A stretch of 64,000 bases of DNA from the NCBI GenBank assembly GCA_964252035.1, contig OZ176212.1, one strand, 5' to 3'. Positions 56,951 through 64,000 of this stretch are shown here, piece by piece. Numbering within the stretch: the stretch's first letter is position 1; each line of letters begins with the position of its first letter. The notes below the pieces were generated by a model, which had not been told where the DNA came from, ran no database searches, and saw only the letters and a program-made list of their open reading frames with translations. The stretch is from Podarcis erhardii. Its lineage: Eukaryota. Position numbers and translations under genes: made by a program.

Positions 56951-57839
56951 ATCTGCTCCTTCAGCTGGAGACTGAAGTGCAACACCATCTAGTCTCCCCA
57001 ATACCCGAACATGAGAACCACTCACCAACACCTCTGTCCGCCTCATCAGGATTCAGCTTCAGTTGATTGGGCCTCACCCACCAGCCCATTACTGTCTCCA
57101 GACATTGGTCCAGCACTTGCACAGCCTCATTTGGTTCAGATGGTGTGGACGATGGTGAAGATGATCTTCCTTGGGAGGGATCTGGTTGGGTTTTTGAATC
57201 ACTGACTTGTTATTGGTATGGCTTGCATGGTATACATTGATGAGTAGCAAATTAAATTATTTCTACTCCATTGTGGATATTTGGGTATGAAGAGTGCTGC
57301 GAGCATGTTCTCATTGTCAGTATTGAATCTTAATAAAGGAGATAGTTAAACATGCAAAGCGCATCAGATCTTGGTCGCACATCCTAAGATACTTTGGGAG
57401 ATGGTATGCAGACTACACCCACAAAATCCTTTTAAGATGTGTAGGCTACATGGAATAAGCCACATAATTGTAAAAAGTGAGATTCACTTCCAGCTAAACA
57501 GAGGTTAAGATATAACTACATTCAGGGTGTTAACACAGTGAGTGGATTTCCACTAGCACCCCTTTTTTTTTTTTTTGCATTGAACCAGACAGGGCTTTAT
57601 TTGAGAAGGGGTTGAGCCCCAAAATCTGTTTTGAGAAGGGCTCAGGCAGCAGCGAAACATACAGTACCTTTAACGAGAGTGAATCTGAGCCCAGCGCATT
57701 TCTTCCACATTTCAGAGGAAAATATCTATGTTCCAGCAAATACGAGTTTTGTGGCCACCATAAAAGACTTGACAGGTTTATTGCTGTGACCTTTTTTCCA
57801 TGGACGATGACGATGATTCACTAGAACAACCTATTCACG

Positions 57840-58380
57840 CAGAACTGGGATTTCTGAGCCATTTCTGTGTTTAAAAATGAAGCACGGGAGGCGGGAGGGT
57901 GACAGTTGCTCCGGATTAGCTACTTCGGAGTACAACTGGGGACGCGAGCCCGTTAAACGTGGAGCATATACGTTCAACCGTCAACCCAGATCAAGTGTCA
58001 AGAAGCGAGACGCTCACAAGAAGCGAGAGAAACTACCCTCCGTTAAGAATGAGGTCATAATAACTGGTCGTTTAAAACAGTTCGGTCAACCGCCTCGAGC
58101 AGGCAGCGCGCGACACCCGCACCGACAGTTTGCTTTAAGGCGGGAAAATCAACCCAACTGCCTGAATAGGGGGCGGAGTTAATCCGGGCGGGCGGAGCGC
58201 CCGCTGCCGCCGTTGAGGGGGCGGGGTGGGTGTGAGGCGAGATGCTGCTGCTCCCCGCCCCCGCCGCCGCCCCCCCCCGTTTCTCGTTCTTCCCCGCTCC
58301 ACTTTTTCTTCTCAAACATTAAAGTGGGCGAGGTGGAAAGGCGCATTGTGTGTGCGCGCGCGCGGGGGGGTGGGGTGAGG
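57840..58380 (+). promoter_or_regulatory. CpG-island promoter, probably of ZNF-D
   Basis: CpG-rich, multiple GC boxes (ggggcgg) and six YAACKG cores. Confidence 0.7.
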
Positions 58381-58774
58381 ATTATTCTCTAGCAACCAAA
58401 GTATTCTCCGGCTTTACCAAAACCGATAGAAGTTCATATATATATGTGGGATTAAAATGCATTAGATATCAATATATGTAGAGATATATAATGCATTTTA
58501 ATCCCACACTTAATCCCCCAAAGGCTGGAGCTTCCAAATACCAGTTATGATTTTTGCAGAGCCGTGCTGGGGTCTCTCTCAACAGTCCCTGGCCCTCAGC
58601 TGACGGTCTCAAAGACACGACACCAAAGGAAATGAGTTTTTGGAGGGAGGAGGGGGGAAAAAATAGTTCAATGGCCTGCAAAGTAAAAACATTCCTGGAA
58701 ATGGAAGGGAACTTTCAGTCGTCTTTAGTGGTGGCGACAATAATTTTATTATTGTTGTCATTATCTTATTATTC

Positions 58775-58905
58775 AAGTCACACGTTCAGTCCTTGGCACC
58801 TCCAGGTAGAATTGGAAGAGATGTCTGAAAACCTGGAGAGATGCTGCCAGCCAGTGTTGACGATGCTGAGCTGGATGGAGCAAGGGTGGAAGGCAACTTC
58901 CTATG
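58775..58905 (+). mobile_element. tRNA-derived SINE body (same family as 42180-42350)
   Basis: gttcagtccttggcacctccaggtag...ctgaaaacctggagagatgctgccagccagtgttgacgatgctgagctggatgg...aaggcaacttcctatgt. Confidence 0.65.
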
Positions 58906-59187
58906 TACATCTCAACGCTCGTAACAGGTTAGCTTCATTATGCAAGGAAGAATATGGCTCAGTTTCCCGTGGGGTGCAGAGACAGTTTTCATGGGACACA
59001 TGACATTGACAGAGGACACAGCGCGTTCAGCATGTAGAACAAATTCCACGCTGACTCAGAACTGGATGTGGCATATGCCAGGATATGCAGAGCAGATTTT
59101 ACAGGAGCAGTTTAGGGCACTTGTCATATCTCACAGAACACAGTGCAAGGATTGTCATAAACCTTTTGTTGGTCCCAGAACACCACG

Positions 59188-59253
59188 CCACCCCCACCCC
59201 CACCCCCACCCCCACCCCCACCCCCACCCCCACCCCCACCCCCACCCCCACCC
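59188..59253. repeat. (CCCCCA)n hexamer tract, about 11 units; (GGGGGT)n on the minus strand
   Basis: Pure repeat read directly. Confidence 0.95.
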
Positions 59254-59504
59254 GTTTTTGCGCTTGGAATTGCATTGCTATTGGCAGCTTTTAAAACCTT
59301 AGCTTCTGTAAATGAGATATTGTACCAGATTTGGGGGAGAATAGATGGACAGAGAGTTGACATTTGTTGGATGTGTAGTGATGTATAACAGTAGTGGCGG
59401 GACTCGGGAACGTAAGTATGGGGCTTGGCATGCACTCCCATCTTCTACCCTAAGTGTTCAGGTCAGTTTCCCCTCTTACAGTTTTAACACTTTTTACCCG
59501 AATC

Positions 59505-59970
59505 GTCAGAGAATCATAAAATCATGGAATGTTAGAGTTGGAAGGGACCCCGGGGGTCATCCAGTCCAAGCCCCTGCAATGCAGGAATCTCAGCTAAAGC
59601 ATCTATGACAGATCCATGACCATCCAACCTATCCTTAACAACCTCCAAGGAAGGAAAGTCCACCACTTCTCGTGGGAGTCTGTTCCACTGCTGAACAGCT
59701 CTTACTGTCAGAAAGTTTTCCGAATGTTTAGTCGGAATCTCCTTTCTTGCAACTTGAAACCATTGGTTCGAGTCCTACCCTCCAGTGCAGGAGAAAACAA
59801 GCATGCTCCTCCTTCACGTGACAGTCCTTAAGATATCTGAAGATGACTATCTCCTTCCAGTCGCCTCTTTTCCAGGCTAAACACACCTAACCCCTTCAAG
59901 CGCTCCTCATAAGGCTTAGTTTCCAGACCCTTGATCCTCTTGCTTTCCCTCCTCTGCACACGTTGCAGCT
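59505..59970 (-). mobile_element. CR1 LINE 3' portion
   Basis: gaatcataaaatcatggaatgttagagttggaagggacc...ctgttccactgctgaacagctcttactgtcagaaagttttcc...aggctaaacacacctaaccccttcaagcgctcctcataagg, a CR1 3' end in reverse. Confidence 0.8.
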
Positions 59971-60990
59971 GTCATGCCAGGAAAGTGGAGTTCAGAAGGG
60001 GAATCTGGGTTGACTATGCAAAAACAAGCAGTTGCTTAGCGTATGTGGGAAGCAACGGGGTTTACTCAAAATCTCAAAAGCAGAAATCAGTTCCTAAACT
60101 TTGGTCTCGTATAAAGGGCATGTATTATAATCCGATTGGGCTGCCATCTACTCTAGCCGTTTGCTTAAACGAGGGTCGTATGACAGCTCTAACTTCGGGA
60201 AGTGACTGAGTTAAAACCGTAGAGCTTCTACTGTCTCCGACGCCTAGAAAGGACTCAGAAGGAAGTACCGTTGTTGAGGGGGCTTAATCATGAAGGGACC
60301 TTCCTGTTGCAAGCGGATCTCCATAGCTAGACACCTAGCAGCATCCCCATGCCCACTAATGAAAACAAAGCCTGCAGGGGACCCATAAGGGAGACAACGC
60401 CAAAGAACAAGGTTCGATGTGGCTGCAATTGCAGCATCTCGCTGGATCGTACGAGCAGATGATGAAGGGAAAGGGGCTGGGGAAGGGGTGGGAGTGAAAA
60501 CAGCAATGGAGTCAGGAAACTGTCATGGTGACAGGAATGCAAGAACTGGGCTGGGGAAAGTTAAGGAGAAACGACCCCCCCCCCGCTTCCAACTCAGCTT
60601 TGGCAGCTTTCCTTTAATTGTGCAAAATATCCTTACATTTTAGAGGAATATTTCTGATGTGAGAGGTGTTGGGCGGGTTTGGTTTTCTTTTTTCTTTTTC
60701 TTTTTAAATAACTGTCATATGGGGAACTTACGACTGTTCTAGTAGGCTCCATAGAAAGAAGGGTATAGATGTCTCTACTGATATGGACTTGTGGGGAATG
60801 TCTGTTCTGTAAGATGCTGGGGAATTTGTGTTATAGGATGATCTAAAATATGTGTACAGGGGTTGCTCTTTTATGAGCCTCAATAGGGAACTGGGGCATG
60901 GTTACACATGTGAGCATTGCATGTCTTAATGGTGTAGACATCTTTGCATGCTCTCACCCTATACAAATCTATTTCTTTCCCCGCAATCAG

Positions 60991-63900
60991 AATTCCCCAG
61001 TACTAACGCTGCTGTGACTTCCCTTATGGAACGTGAAAAAGAAACATGTATCCTGGATCTCCAGGACTCCAGTGAAGAAGAGACACTAAGAGGTGAGGAA
61101 TGAATGGAAGCTCTGCAGCTTAATGACTTAATGAATCAGGAAATCTCCCCTCCCCCTTCCACAAAGTTATAGGGATGTTTTTAGACAAGCCATCACCTCT
61201 TAACAGCTTTCTTTAAACATATAAAGGGAAAGAAAAAAAATAGAGATTTCCAGGTTTACCAGAAGGAACCTTGAAATTAGACTTGATTTGGATTATTGTA
61301 ATGAGATGTCTTACCTCCTTATTTAGAACCCTGCTTTCCTGTTCCTGTTTTCTTGATCCACCACCAAAATTACGCAAGAGTCATTTTCACCCCTTATCAT
61401 TTTGCTGAGGTTTCAAAGATATGCCATCAACCTTCTCTCTCAATTTGTGGGAGAGTTTTCAGTTGCTACTTGTCAGTTCTATAGATCTATTTTAACATTT
61501 TTGTTAAACTATGCAGGCAATGAAATTAGTTTTGCAATCCACTTTAGTCTAATCACCCACAAGTGTGGGACTGGTGCTGATGGAGCACAAGACTAACAGG
61601 AGGCAGGTGTTCAGACAAGACATGGTAAACTGTGATTAGCTTCAAAAAGGGTTGAATAGCTGCAGAAAGTAAGACCCTATGCAGCAAACTCCCCATAGCT
61701 TTTATGTGATCACCCTTGAAAGTTGAGCTAATTCATCGCACATACTACAGAAATACATCAAGGTTTTAACAAAAATTCATATATTTCTATATAATGAGAA
61801 AATCTATTACGTTCTCTTTCAATGCTCTAATTTTACCCACAATTCTGTCAATTCCTTGTGATGAGAGAATTGTGAGTAAATAAGTTTCTTTGATTTCCAA
61901 AATAGCCTCCATGATTGACTTTTTTTTTTTTTTTGCAAGCTTTGTGGCAGTTTAAAAGCAGGAGGGGATTTGTATCAATTTCCTTTGTGTTAGGGCTGGG
62001 CGTTATCAGCTTTTCAACACTGCGGCAGCCAAACATCGTGGTTTGGTGACATACTGCAAAGTTGAAAAAACAAGATGCATTGGCCTCTGCCTGTGAGACA
62101 CTGGGTGAAACTGCCCCAGCTCTCACCTCCAAAAGCTGAGGCAGTTTCACCCAGGCTTGCAGGCTGGGACAATGCAGCTTGTTTGTACCACTCAGCCCCA
62201 GTGCAAGCAGGCAGAGCACCAGGGCTCCTTTAACTGCTCGCTGTGGGGAACGGCAACCATGCTCCCCTCAGCTGAGCAGTTTCACAGAGTCCCCACCCCA
62301 CCACAGCTTGCAGGATCCAGTGCCGGGCTGGGGGCAACTGCACATTCCTCAGTCAAGCAGTTTAAAGATGCAGAGGGAGGAGCCGATACAGCTTGTTTCT
62401 CCCTTTGCGTCATATGAGGGCAGAGTGGGATGGCGGTTTCACTCAGCAATATATTCTTGGTGAAACCACCACCACTCCTGAGTTCCTCTGCTAGCAGTGC
62501 CCACTGGAGGAAGGAACTCTTGACTTCCTTCAGTGGATACTGCTAGCAGGGGGACCCAGGACCGGTGGCGGTTTCGTTTGTCATTGCTATTTATTTTAAA
62601 ATGTATAGTGTGCTTTCCCAAGGTTCAAAGCAGTGTACAAAATGAAGTTAAGAGTTCAGCTGCCAACAGTGAGGTAAAAATCTTTGGTATGATTATTCCG
62701 ACAGAAGACATTGAGATAATAAATGAAAATAAGGAAGAGGAAGCAGAACAACAAAGCATACAGAAAGAAGACAAGTGGATTCATGACAAGGCAAAGAGCC
62801 AGCAAGAAATCTTCCAGGAAAAAGGAATCACAGCACAAGGCCATCTAATGGAAACGACGCAGCATGTGGCCAGTAATGGTGAATCTGTCATATCTGTGGA
62901 ACAAGAATCTACGGACATTTTTTCCGACAATGACAAGGTGCCCAAAGCCACCATCTGCCCTGACTGTGGGAAGAGCTTCAGTAACAGCTCCCACCTAGTC
63001 CGGCATCGTCGTGTACATACAGGAGAGAAACCCTACAAATGCCCCCACTGTGACAAGAGCTACCGCCAAGACTCCCACCTGGTCCAGCACATGCGTTCTC
63101 ACACAGGGGAGAAGCCATACCGCTGTACTCACTGTGGCAAGGGCTTCTCCCAGAGCTCCAACCTTATCATCCACCAGCGGACTCACACGGGCGAGCGGCC
63201 CTTCACCTGTCCCGAGTGTGGGCGGAGCTTCAGCCACAGCTCCGATCTCATCCAGCACAAGCGGATCCACACGGGCGAGAAGCCCTACGTCTGCTCCATC
63301 TGCGGGAAGTGCTTCTCGCAGAGCTCCAAGGTCACCCAGCACAAGCGCTTCCACTCGGGGGAACGGCCCTTTTCCTGCGGGGAATGCACCAAGACGTTTC
63401 GTCTCCGCGCTGACTTGGTCCGCCACCTCCGTGCCCACACCGGCGAGCGGCCCTTTGGGTGCCCAGAATGCGGGAAGCACTTTGCCGAGAGCTCCCACCT
63501 TATCCGACACCAAAGGATCCACATGAGCGAACGGCCCTTTCGCTGCCCAGACTGTGGGAAAGGGTTCAACCAGAGCTCCAACCTGCAGCAGCACCAGCGC
63601 GTGCACCGAGGCCAGAAACCCTTCAAATGCGATGAGTGCGGGAAAGGTTTCGGCGTAAGCTCAGCACTGCTGCAGCACCAGCGCACGCACACGGGCGAAC
63701 GGCCCTACTGCTGCAGCCAGTGTGGGAAGAGCTTCAGCGTCAGCTCCACTTATCACATACACCAGCGTATCCATGCTGGTCAAAAGCCCTACTCGTGCGC
63801 CAATTGCGGGAAAGGCTTTGTGCGCAGCTCCGCTCTCCTTCAGCACCAAGCCACCCACACTGGCGAAAAGCCCTTCCGCTGCCCATACTGCGGGAGAGGC

Positions 63901-64000
63901 TTTGGACAGAAGTCGGCACTCTCCCAGCACCGGCGAGCCCACGTGAGGAGAGGAGAGACGTTGGCTTTGGTGGAGGGCTGGGATGCTGCTGGGATGGAAG
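60991..64000 (+). CDS. C2H2 zinc-finger protein ZNF-D (partial): degenerate KRAB-B-like exon 60991..61092 plus finger exon 62705..>64000 with at least 12 fingers
   Basis: Exon 60991-61092 (ccgcaatcag|...ag|gtgagg, phase 1-1) reads [33 protein letters not shown]. The exon from ccgacag|62705 is open to the window end with 12 fingers ([22 protein letters not shown] ... [23 protein letters not shown]). The start codon was not located. Confidence 0.88.

Noticed and set aside
58554-59003. KRAB-B-like peptide PVLTMLSWMEQG in a plus-strand ORF
   Set aside because: The DNA is the body of a tRNA-derived SINE (same family as 42180-42350), so the resemblance is coincidental.
58940-59441. ORFs with poly-PH, poly-PT and poly-G tracts
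   Set aside because: These are translations of the (CCCCCA)n repeat.
62995-63942. Long minus-strand ORFs opposite the zinc-finger arrays (also 29932-30216, 39760-40095 and 47517-47888)
   Set aside because: Stop-poor antisense frames are a known by-product of repetitive C2H2 codon usage.

Overview
Vertebrate genomic DNA, most likely a squamate. A lacertid lizard is inferred from the repeat families only. Genes, left to right: (1) the first two coding exons of FBRS (fibrosin, AUTS2 family) on the minus strand, with the gene continuing off the left edge; (2) a complete 11-coding-exon PRR14 on the minus strand, about 723 aa, with a Tantalus-like C-terminal domain; (3) a plus-strand cluster of four C2H2 zinc-finger genes, here called ZNF-A (6 fingers as a duplicated 3+3), ZNF-B (8 fingers behind a series of phase-0 acidic exons), ZNF-C (14 fingers) and ZNF-D (at least 12 fingers, a degenerate KRAB-B-like exon, running off the right edge); (4) a single-coding-exon BORCS6 between ZNF-C and ZNF-D. 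The FBRS-PRR14-ZNF order matches human 16p11.2, whereas human BORCS6 lies at 17p13.1. Interspersed repeats include L2, CR1, BovB/RTE, a young L1-like insertion, tRNA- and CORE-SINEs, hAT MITEs and Tc1/mariner MITEs. The most unexplained structure is regulatory: eight same-strand CCTTTAAG copies and seven CRE/ATF4-like sites in the FBRS promoter island. Exon structures were derived by hand from splice signals and phase continuity. No database searches were run. I saw no CRISPR array or clearly novel multi-gene system.
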